Below, in pieces: positions 18,174 through 26,057 of a stretch of 64,000 bases of DNA. The notes under the pieces are model-generated. The model was given only the letters and a program-made list of their open reading frames with translations. It ran no database searches and was not told the DNA's origin. Position 1 is the stretch's first letter. Every line of letters starts with the position of its first letter. The position numbers were made by a program, and so were the translations under genes. Source of the stretch: Rhodothermia bacterium (GTDB taxonomy: Bacteria; Bacteroidota; Rhodothermia; Rhodothermales; JAAAOL01); NCBI GenBank assembly GCA_030428385.1, contig JAUIDY010000015.1:854-64853 (forward strand). The letters are read 5' to 3'.

Positions 18174-18719
18174 TCAGGAAACAGGCGGAAAAGCAGCCAG
18201 CATCTTGTGCACCGCTTCGTCGATCTTGTCTGTGGCTTGTCGGGGACCGTGGATGGCGTCGGTGGCAGTGCCTCGCCAGACCAGTTCATTGGCCTTGGCA
18301 TCCACGATGTCGATGATCAGCGTGCCTTGCTGGTAGGATTCGACATCGACATCGGTAACCGCCACGCTTCCATAGCGCAGCCTGCCCCGGCGATACTCGT
18401 AGCCCCAGGTGTCGAGGGTGGCCCCGGTGATGACACGTTCTACGGAGGTGTGATAGACGACGTAAAAGTCAGGGTCGGCCGCTACTTTCTGGAAGCCATC
18501 AGCCTGAAGTTCTTGCTCGATAGTTCCTTCGATGTGCTGGTTGATTTGACCGAGCGTGGTCAGGTGGTCGCGCACTTGATCAGGCTGCTCCAACCAGGCG
18601 AAGGTGGTGTAAGACGCGAGGTTGGCCAATTCCTGATAGTCCGTGTGCACCTGCATGGAGGCACAACCCGTGAAAGCGACAACAAGAAGAAGGCTCAGGA
18701 GGGTGTATATCGGTTTCAT
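18174..18719 (-). CDS. DUF4136-like lipoprotein
   Basis: MKPIYTLLSLLLVVAFTGCAS is a lipobox. LIIDIVDAKANELVWRGTA is typical of DUF4136 (from memory). The start at 18719 is preferred over 18800 because the operator array lies at 18822-18874. Confidence 0.7.
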   Translation of the reverse strand: MKPIYTLLSLLLVVAFTGCASMQVHTDYQELANLASYTTFAWLEQPDQVRDHLTTLGQINQHIEGTIEQELQADGFQKVAADPDFYVVYHTSVERVITGATLDTWGYEYRRGRLRYGSVAVTDVDVESYQQGTLIIDIVDAKANELVWRGTATDAIHGPRQATDKIDEAVHKMLAAFPPVS

Positions 18720-18821
18720 TTCTGCAATACGGTGTTGTATGAGGGAAAGGGGAACGACGTAGTGCTGTGTGCATCCTTGTCGTTTGACTGGTAGCAACAT
18801 ACCCCGGCACCTAGGGGCAGC

Positions 18822-18874
18822 GCGTCACCCACAGGTGTGATTCGGTGGGTGAGACGGCGGGTGATTCGGGTGAG
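18822..18874 (-). promoter_or_regulatory. TCACCC-box operator array, copy a (upstream of the DUF4136/RND operon)
   Basis: In gene orientation it reads AATCACCCgccgtCTCACCCaccgAATCACACctgtGGGTGACGC. It lies about 100 nt upstream of ATG 18719. The same architecture occurs at 21788-21839 and 28803-28836. Confidence 0.45.
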
Positions 18875-18909
18875 CGTGAGGGTGCTACCCTCGTGGAAGC
18901 AGGCTCTTT

Positions 18910-19890
18910 TTAGTCGAGGAAAGCCCGGCGGCGCTCGATGACAGGATGAAAGCTCCAGGTGAGCGTGGCGCGGAAAAGCGCCCCTTCCAGCGCAATGGGC
19001 GTCTCCTCGTTGTCGCCCACGGTTTGCATGTGCGTGGCAAACAGCGACATGTTGTCGTTTACCTTGACGTTGAGCGTCAGTCCCAGCAGGTGCGAGGTGG
19101 TGGCGTCGGTCATGCCCACCATTGCTCCGGAAGCATTATCCGTTCGCGTAGATTCGCCCAGGCGCAGGTAGGAATAATCCAGCGAAAGCGCCGCATTGCG
19201 GGTGATGTCACGCGTGAGGTGGCTTTCGACAGCCAGCAGCGGGTCTTGCGCGAGCGTTTGGCCCTGATTGTCGTTGTTGTCCGAAATCCACGTCCACGAA
19301 GGGGTTACTTCGAGCGTGGTGCGGTCTCCGGCTACCCAGGGACCAATGGCCTGCACCAACGGAAGACCGACGCGCACCTTGGTCTGGTTGCTGCCAATGT
19401 TGAGCGGCTCCTCGGCGTTGTACTGGCCCAGCGGGAACGTCGCATTAACATTGAGCCACGCCACCGTCCGCAGGTCGTACCGCACATACTCCCGCAGCAT
19501 CAGGCCCGGCGCACCGAACAGGTTGATGGTGGCTCCCAGCGACGGATCTCCCAAGCCGTGTACAAACGGATCGTTGCTTGCCAGCGGGAGCGGAGAATCG
19601 GTTTTGATGACCCCGGCGGGTAGCGACGCCGTCACCATAAACGAGCGCCCCAGAAGGGGCTGACTGTGGGTAAAGGTTAGCAGATAGAGCTGGTTGTCAA
19701 TGTCAATCGAAGGCTCGATGCGATTCAGGTTGGTGACGGTGGCGTTGACTGTTCCTGAAATGGCATGGACTGCCAGGATATTCATGTTTTTGGGTAGCGT
19801 CCAGTAGACACGGGCACCATCAAGTTGCGCCATCGCAGGGGCGGCGAACAACAGGGGACTGAGCAGGAGGGCGAGGAAAAGGCGTTTCAT
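18910..19890 (-). CDS. Outer-membrane beta-barrel transporter-like protein
   Basis: Signal peptide LLSPLLFAAPAMAQ and a beta-rich sequence. It sits directly downstream of the sulfatase. A MetA-pathway/porin-like family is possible. Confidence 0.6.
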   Translation of the reverse strand: MKRLFLALLLSPLLFAAPAMAQLDGARVYWTLPKNMNILAVHAISGTVNATVTNLNRIEPSIDIDNQLYLLTFTHSQPLLGRSFMVTASLPAGVIKTDSPLPLASNDPFVHGLGDPSLGATINLFGAPGLMLREYVRYDLRTVAWLNVNATFPLGQYNAEEPLNIGSNQTKVRVGLPLVQAIGPWVAGDRTTLEVTPSWTWISDNNDNQGQTLAQDPLLAVESHLTRDITRNAALSLDYSYLRLGESTRTDNASGAMVGMTDATTSHLLGLTLNVKVNDNMSLFATHMQTVGDNEETPIALEGALFRATLTWSFHPVIERRRAFLD

Positions 19891-19923
19891 AGGTACGGCT
19901 CCGGAAAGACAGGTGAGAGAGGA

Positions 19924-21723
19924 TTATTTGGTCTTGACCACGCACTCGAAGAACTCATCGTCCTCCTCTTCGGCGTAGTTTTCCTCTGGCCCGGGCGGCC
20001 AGGTCCCATCTACTGCTGGACGCGGCGGTAACCGATCTTCCAGCCCTTCGTATTGGTGACGATTCGGAAGGATGACGTTGTTTTCCGCAACATATTCGTC
20101 CCAGTGCCCGACCAACTCGGCCAGGATTTCCGGCTCCGAAGCAGCGAGGTCTACCCGTTCGCCGGGATCGTCCTCCACGTTGTAAAGCTGCCAATCTTCC
20201 GTGCCGAACGGCTTGTGCATCCACAGCAGCTTCCACGGGCCTTTTCGGATGGACCGCATGCCCCAGAACTCGAAGCCCAGCCAGTCTTCTTCGCCACGCG
20301 GCGAGACTTCCTGCCCGTCGAGCATGGCCTGCCACGACATCCCCTGCATCGGAAGCACGTCGTGCCCTTCAAACGTATTCGGCTGATCAACGCCTGCGAT
20401 GTCAAGCAGCGTCGGCGCGATGTCCTGCACATGGAGGATGGCTTCCCGATTGATGGCCCCTCCGCTGGCTTGTTGGGGTGGCACCACGATGAGGGGCGAG
20501 CGCACCCCACCTTCTGCCAGCGACCCTTTCACCATCGAAAATGGCGTCGCGGAGACCTGTGCCCACGGCGTTCCGTATGCCACAAAAGAACCCTTGCGGC
20601 CCCACGAGGCGAAGTCGGTGTCGTAGTCATTCGACATCCAGCCAGACGCCTGGGAGGCAGACGCATTCTTGGCATTGGCAGACTTGTCGTTCGATTCAGG
20701 GCCGTTGTCGGAGAAGAAGATCACGTAGGTGTTGTCGAGCTGTCCCGTCTCATCGAGATACGCCAAGAGACGCCCGATTTCCTGGTCCATGTATTCCACC
20801 ACGGAGGCATAGATTTCCATCTTTCGTGCAATCGAGTAGCGTGTCAGGCCCGTCAGGGCGTTGAACTCGGGCACGTACCACAGCCGAGACGCCAGTTCTA
20901 CGTCTTCATCCATGAGTCCCATTTCCTGCATCCGCTCCAGACGATGCACGCGCACGGAATCCCAGCCGCAGTCGTACCGCCCCCGGTGCCGCCGGAGCCA
21001 GCCATTGGGTACCTGCAACGGGTCGTGCGGAGCTTGATGGGCGAGATAAGCGAAGAATGGCTTGCCATCGCCCCGATTCGACTCGATGTACTCGATGATT
21101 TTGTCGGTGTAGGTGCGGGTGGCGTAGAAGTCTTTGGGCAGCTTGTCGAGGTAGACGCCGTCTTCCGTGAACTGGTTATCCGGCACGTTCCAGTCGTAGC
21201 CTGTCTTGTCGAAGTAGCTTCCGGCGGCGGCCAACATCGTGAAGTCACGCTCGAAGCCACGGGCGGCGGGGATCTGCTCTGGCTCTTTGCCCAGGTGCCA
21301 CTTGCCTGCCATGTAGGTGTGGTACCCCGCGTCTTGCAGAATGGCGGGCAGGGGTGCCACACGGTGGTTCAGTACACCTTCATAGCCGGGCTGTCCTTCC
21401 TGATTTGGCGCGGTGCGTTCGATCATGTTGCCGAGCCCGGCACGGTGGTTGTCCATACCGGAGAGCAGCATGGCCCGTGTGGGCGAGCAGGTCGGCGACA
21501 CATAAAACTGGGTGTACCGCACCCCATTTTCGGCGAGGGCGTTGAGACTGGGGCTTGGAATATCGCCGCCAAAGGCTTCCAGGTCGGAATAGCCCAGGTC
21601 GTCGGCTACGATGACAAGGAAGTTGGGCTGCTCATTTGCAGCGGTTGTCTCCTGCGCTTGTGATGGTTGCGCAAGGGGAAGCAAGAGACCGAGGAGGAAG
21701 AGGAATAAAAGGGGAGAACGCAT
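19924..21723 (-). CDS. Arylsulfatase (formylglycine-dependent sulfatase family)
   Basis: Signal peptide; NFLVIVADDLGYSD; active-site CxPxR motif in SPTCSPTRAMLLSGM; GKWHLG. Confidence 0.9.
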   Translation of the reverse strand: MRSPLLFLFLLGLLLPLAQPSQAQETTAANEQPNFLVIVADDLGYSDLEAFGGDIPSPSLNALAENGVRYTQFYVSPTCSPTRAMLLSGMDNHRAGLGNMIERTAPNQEGQPGYEGVLNHRVAPLPAILQDAGYHTYMAGKWHLGKEPEQIPAARGFERDFTMLAAAGSYFDKTGYDWNVPDNQFTEDGVYLDKLPKDFYATRTYTDKIIEYIESNRGDGKPFFAYLAHQAPHDPLQVPNGWLRRHRGRYDCGWDSVRVHRLERMQEMGLMDEDVELASRLWYVPEFNALTGLTRYSIARKMEIYASVVEYMDQEIGRLLAYLDETGQLDNTYVIFFSDNGPESNDKSANAKNASASQASGWMSNDYDTDFASWGRKGSFVAYGTPWAQVSATPFSMVKGSLAEGGVRSPLIVVPPQQASGGAINREAILHVQDIAPTLLDIAGVDQPNTFEGHDVLPMQGMSWQAMLDGQEVSPRGEEDWLGFEFWGMRSIRKGPWKLLWMHKPFGTEDWQLYNVEDDPGERVDLAASEPEILAELVGHWDEYVAENNVILPNRHQYEGLEDRLPPRPAVDGTWPPGPEENYAEEEDDEFFECVVKTK

Positions 21724-21787
21724 CGGTTTCGCGGGGTCGTTGGGTAAGACGAATAACGAACTGGCAGAAACCTACCCTGAAAGGCGA

Positions 21788-21839
21788 GGGTGATGCGTCA
21801 CCCCGTGGTGTGAAAGACCGGGTGAAAAAGCGGGTGATT
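21788..21839 (-). promoter_or_regulatory. TCACCC-box operator array, copy b (upstream of the sulfatase)
   Basis: In gene orientation it reads AATCACCCgctttTTCACCCggtcTTTCACACcacgGGGTGACGC. It lies about 70 nt upstream of ATG 21723, in the divergent sulfatase/MFS spacer. Confidence 0.45.
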
Positions 21840-21962
21840 GGGCAGTACGTCCTCCAGGCTCTCTCTACACATCACTTAAAAATCGGGGGCTCCCTCAAAT
21901 GCAGTCTCGGGGTTTGTTATCTTTCTGCCCGACCTTCGGCAGCTTCATGCCCGCCCTCTTCG

Positions 21963-23330
21963 ATGGCTCTTCCCCCTTCAGTCGACCTCTTACCGTCGCC
22001 CCCCGCACCCACGACCTCCGCCTATCGTTGGTATGTGGTTGGGGTGCTTCATCTGGCCACCTTGGGGCTGGCCATCAATGTGCGCATCTTTACGCTTGTT
22101 ATCGAGTCGGTGCGGGCGCATTTTGGCGTCGGTGATACCGCCATCGGGCTTCTCATGGGGGCAGGCTTTGCGCTTTTTGCTGCGCTTTCGGGCCTGATGC
22201 TGGGCCGCCTCGCAGATCGCACGCCGCGAAGGGCCATCTTGATTGGCAGCACCCTGCTTTTTAGCTGCTTCGGAGTTTTCAGCGGCGTCGCGTCTACCTT
22301 TGCCCTTCTGTTCCTGAGCCGCATCGGCGTGGGAGTGGGACGAGGCGGGTTGTTGCCCGCCACCTATTCGCTGCTTTCCGATTACTTCCTGCCCCATCAG
22401 CGGGGGCTCGCTATTAGCATTGTAAAGGTGGGCAACCGACTGGGCGGCGGGCTGGCCTTGCTCCTCGGTAGCTTGTTGTTAGGGTACTTTGCCGAGCAGA
22501 CCAATGGGTGGCCCATTTTCTCAACGCTGAGACCGTGGCAGGCTACGCTGGTCGTCGCGGGTTTGCCGGGGTTGCTACTTGCCCTCTTGCTGGCTACCAC
22601 GATCCGCGAGCCTGCTCGTATGGATGATACAGCAACGGGAGTTGTTGAAGCCCCGCAGTCGGCCTATGACTGGCCCATCATCCGATCATACTTGCAGTAT
22701 AATCGGGCCACGATGGTGTTTCTATCTCTTGCTGTAGGGCTCTTTTTTCTGGGCACCATCGGGACCGGGGTGTGGGTGCCCTCCTTCCTGATTCGCACCT
22801 ACGAATGGACCGCCGCCCAGGCAGGACAGGGCTTCGGGTGGGTGCTGCTGCTGGGTTCTACGCTGGGCACCCTGGCCGGTGGACGCCTGACGCTGCTCCT
22901 TGCCAAGCGCGGGCACGCGGATGCCAATGTGCGCGTGTTGCTGTTTGCGCTGGTAGGGCTCGTGCCATGTCGCGCCTTGTTTCCGCTGATGCCTACCGGA
23001 GGACTGGCGCTGGCGGTGCTTGCCCCGACGCTTTTTCTGGCTAGTATGCCGTTGGGTACCTTGGCTGCTGCCATCCAGAACATCTTTCCCAACCGGATGC
23101 GCGGGTTTGCGTCGGCCTTGTATGTGTTGCTTGTTAACCTCGCCGGTATGGGACTCGGCCCGGCCTGCATTGCGCTGACAACCGATTACGTCTTTGGAGA
23201 TGCGCAGGCGCTGCGGTATGCGCTCTTGTTGATTGGCTTGATTACGACCATAGGAAGTCTGTTTTTTACGCTGCGTTGTTTGCCTGCCTATCGCCATAGC
23301 AGGACCTATGCCCTCACCTGGAAGCCCTAA
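21963..23330 (+). CDS. MFS transporter
   Basis: About 12 predicted TM helices and the MFS loop motif GRLADRTPRR. The ORF-track start at 21636 overlaps the sulfatase start, so ATG 21963 is preferred. Confidence 0.85.
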   Translation: MALPPSVDLLPSPPAPTTSAYRWYVVGVLHLATLGLAINVRIFTLVIESVRAHFGVGDTAIGLLMGAGFALFAALSGLMLGRLADRTPRRAILIGSTLLFSCFGVFSGVASTFALLFLSRIGVGVGRGGLLPATYSLLSDYFLPHQRGLAISIVKVGNRLGGGLALLLGSLLLGYFAEQTNGWPIFSTLRPWQATLVVAGLPGLLLALLLATTIREPARMDDTATGVVEAPQSAYDWPIIRSYLQYNRATMVFLSLAVGLFFLGTIGTGVWVPSFLIRTYEWTAAQAGQGFGWVLLLGSTLGTLAGGRLTLLLAKRGHADANVRVLLFALVGLVPCRALFPLMPTGGLALAVLAPTLFLASMPLGTLAAAIQNIFPNRMRGFASALYVLLVNLAGMGLGPACIALTTDYVFGDAQALRYALLLIGLITTIGSLFFTLRCLPAYRHSRTYALTWKP

Positions 23331-23357
23331 GCTCCAGGCACCCCCGTCCTTCGAATC

Positions 23358-26018
23358 ATGCTGCTGCAAACCAAACTTTTCTCCCCTCCGGTCCAGCCCA
23401 CCCTGGTCCCAAGACACCAACTGGCCGACGTGCTGGAAAGGGGGCTTCAGCATAAACTAACGTTGCTTTCCGCACCGGCGGGCTTTGGCAAAACAACGCT
23501 AGTAACGGCCTGGCTCCATGAGCAAGAAATGCCCTGGGCGTGGCTCACGCTGGATGAAGGCGACAATGACCCGGCCCGGTTCTGGATGTATGTGCTGGCG
23601 GCCCTTGAAACGGTACGCCCTGCCTTTAAGAAGCTGCAAGATACACTTCTTTCCGAGTCACGCATTTCCCTCGATTTGCTGGTAACCTCTTTACTGAATG
23701 CCCTCGTCGATCAAAACCCGCAGCCGACTGAACCACTCGGCTTGGTCCTTGATGACTACCATGTGATCAACGAGCCCTCCATCCATCACAGCCTCAACTT
23801 TCTGCTCGACCACCTGCCGCCCCAGGTGCACCTCATCATTACGACCCGCGTCGATCCGCCGTTGCGGCTTTCACGCCGCCTCGGACGCCGGGAGATGGTG
23901 CAACTCCGGGCCACCGACCTCAAGTTTACCACGGAGGAAGCCACGCACTTTATGAACGAGGTGATGCACCTCAATCTTGCGCCCCACGATGTACAAGCCC
24001 TTGTAACCCGTACTGAAGGCTGGGTGGTGAGTTTGCAACTGGCGGCGCTTTCGTTGCAGCACCACCCGAACCCCGCTGCCTTTATCCAATCCTTCGCTGG
24101 CGACGACCGCTATGTCGTCGATTATCTCGTCGATGAAGTCTTCTCGCAGCAGCCAACGGCCGTGCAGGAGTTTCTCATTAAAACCTCCATCCTCCACCGG
24201 CTCTGTGGCCCCCTGTGCGATGCCCTGCTGGCGAATGACGAGGGCCCGCCCGACGGACAGGGGATGCTCGATTTACTAGAGCACAGCAACCTTTTCCTGG
24301 TGCCCCTCGACAACCGGAGGCAATGGTATCGCTATCATCAGCTTTTTGCCGACATGCTGAGGCAACGCTTGCACGAACGCGGCACAAACGTTGAAAAAGA
24401 CCTCTACCGCAGGGCGAGCATCTGGTATGAGAAGGAAGGACTGGATTTAGAAGCTGCACAGAGCGCCCTGGCGGGCGAAGATTGGGAACGTGCCCTCGCC
24501 CTTGCCCAGCGCCTCATCGCACCGAGCATCAAGCGGGCCGAGTTTAAGACCGTCCGCCGCCTGCTGGAGCAGTTCCCACAAGAACAACTCATGCAGCATG
24601 CCCGGCTGTGTCTTGCCTTTGCCCGCGTGCTTGTCTTAACGGGTTCTCCAGATCAGGTAGGCCCCTATCTGGATCGAGCGGAGGCGCTTTTAAATCCTGA
24701 CACCGACCAGACTTTGCTGGGGTTGGCAGCCAGCATCCGTGCGCAGGCGTTCGTCTTTCTTCAGGAATATGCCGCGGTTGTGCCCCACGCTGAACGCGCC
24801 ATTACCCTGCTCCCTGAAGATGATTTGCTCAACCAGAGCCTGACGCACTTGCACCAGTCGGTTGCCCTGGTGCGCCTTGGCAAACCTGCCGCTGCCGCTG
24901 CTTATTTGCCCAAGGCACGTGATTTAGCGCTGGCATGTAACAATGGTTTTTCGGCAACGGTCGCCACTACCTTTCTGGGCATCGCTTCGTTTATGCAGGG
25001 CTCCATACGCCGGGCGCAAGAACGGGTACAACAAATCCACCAAACCGTGGCGACTTCGGTGCGGGAGCGGTCGGCCGTGTTCTGGTTGCTCGAAGCCACG
25101 GTCGCCTATGAGCAAAACAACCTCGCCCAAGCAGCCACCATCCTTGAAGGAGGCATCGAAGGGGCGTTGCAATCAGGCCGAGTTGCGATAATGGGCCCCC
25201 GGCTTTATGCAGAACTGGCACGGGTTCGGTGGCACCAGGGCGACCGAAAACAAGCCCAGGCCTACCTAGAGAGGGGCACCCAGATCGCCAACCGGCTCCA
25301 ACTGCGCGATTCCATTTCGCTCACGCGGGCGTTACAGGGATGGTTCTGGCTGGAGGAAGGGCAGGTTGAGGCTACCGCCCAACTCCTCGCCGACTTGGGC
25401 ATTCATGAACAGGCTGACTTCATCTATGCCGATGAGCCGCTGTTTCGGCTACTGATCCGGCTGCGGTACGCCGAAGGAAACGTCGAAGACGCCCTCGGGC
25501 TTGTTGATGACCTGTTGAAACGTGCTTCCCACGATGGTCGCCGCTACGATTTGGTCCAGCTTGGGGCGCTCAAAGCCGTGCTTTTGTTCGAGCATGACCA
25601 GCAGGACCTCGCGCTCGAAGCACTGGGACAGGCCCTCGCGGAGACGCGCGGAGAACCGTATCTTCGGACGTTCCTGGACGAAGGAGAGCGCATGGCGCAA
25701 CTGTTGTATCTGGCTTCCGTGAACGAGGTGGAAAAAGAGGTGGCGGACCGTGTCCTTGCTGCTTTCGGCGCAACGGGCGATGCCCCTGCGAACGGACACG
25801 CGACTGCCGCCCCACCTGCTTTAATCGAACCGCTGAGCGACCGCGAGATGGACGTGCTGCGGCTGTTGGCCGAGGACCTCACGAACCAAGCCATTGCAGA
25901 CAAACTTTTCGTCTCGCTGAACACCGTCAAGACGCACACGAAGCATATCTATGGCAAACTCGGCGTCGGTAGCCGCCGGGAAGCAGCCCGGCAAGCCGAG
26001 GTTCTGGGCCTGTTGTAG
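23358..26018 (+). CDS. MalT-like LuxR-family transcriptional regulator (STAND ATPase + TPR-like + LuxR HTH)
   Basis: N-terminus LLQTKLFSPP..LVPRHQL; Walker A SAPAGFGKTT; long helical repeat region; C-terminus LSDREMDVLRLLAEDLTNQAIADKLFVSLNTVKTHTKHIYGKLGV. Confidence 0.9.
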   Translation: MLLQTKLFSPPVQPTLVPRHQLADVLERGLQHKLTLLSAPAGFGKTTLVTAWLHEQEMPWAWLTLDEGDNDPARFWMYVLAALETVRPAFKKLQDTLLSESRISLDLLVTSLLNALVDQNPQPTEPLGLVLDDYHVINEPSIHHSLNFLLDHLPPQVHLIITTRVDPPLRLSRRLGRREMVQLRATDLKFTTEEATHFMNEVMHLNLAPHDVQALVTRTEGWVVSLQLAALSLQHHPNPAAFIQSFAGDDRYVVDYLVDEVFSQQPTAVQEFLIKTSILHRLCGPLCDALLANDEGPPDGQGMLDLLEHSNLFLVPLDNRRQWYRYHQLFADMLRQRLHERGTNVEKDLYRRASIWYEKEGLDLEAAQSALAGEDWERALALAQRLIAPSIKRAEFKTVRRLLEQFPQEQLMQHARLCLAFARVLVLTGSPDQVGPYLDRAEALLNPDTDQTLLGLAASIRAQAFVFLQEYAAVVPHAERAITLLPEDDLLNQSLTHLHQSVALVRLGKPAAAAAYLPKARDLALACNNGFSATVATTFLGIASFMQGSIRRAQERVQQIHQTVATSVRERSAVFWLLEATVAYEQNNLAQAATILEGGIEGALQSGRVAIMGPRLYAELARVRWHQGDRKQAQAYLERGTQIANRLQLRDSISLTRALQGWFWLEEGQVEATAQLLADLGIHEQADFIYADEPLFRLLIRLRYAEGNVEDALGLVDDLLKRASHDGRRYDLVQLGALKAVLLFEHDQQDLALEALGQALAETRGEPYLRTFLDEGERMAQLLYLASVNEVEKEVADRVLAAFGATGDAPANGHATAAPPALIEPLSDREMDVLRLLAEDLTNQAIADKLFVSLNTVKTHTKHIYGKLGVGSRREAARQAEVLGLL

Positions 26019-26057
26019 AGGGTATGTGGTGCCCGTTCCCAAAGCTAGGCAGCCACC

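Noticed and set aside
20053-21663. 536-aa plus-strand ORF opposite the arylsulfatase.
   Set aside because: The minus strand carries unmistakable sulfatase motifs (CSPTR etc.). The plus ORF is Arg/His/Val-rich and featureless.
21636-21962. Upstream extension of the MFS ORF (start 21636).
   Set aside because: The extension overlaps the sulfatase start and the operator-containing spacer, and it encodes a basic, non-membrane sequence. ATG 21963 precedes the first TM helix.
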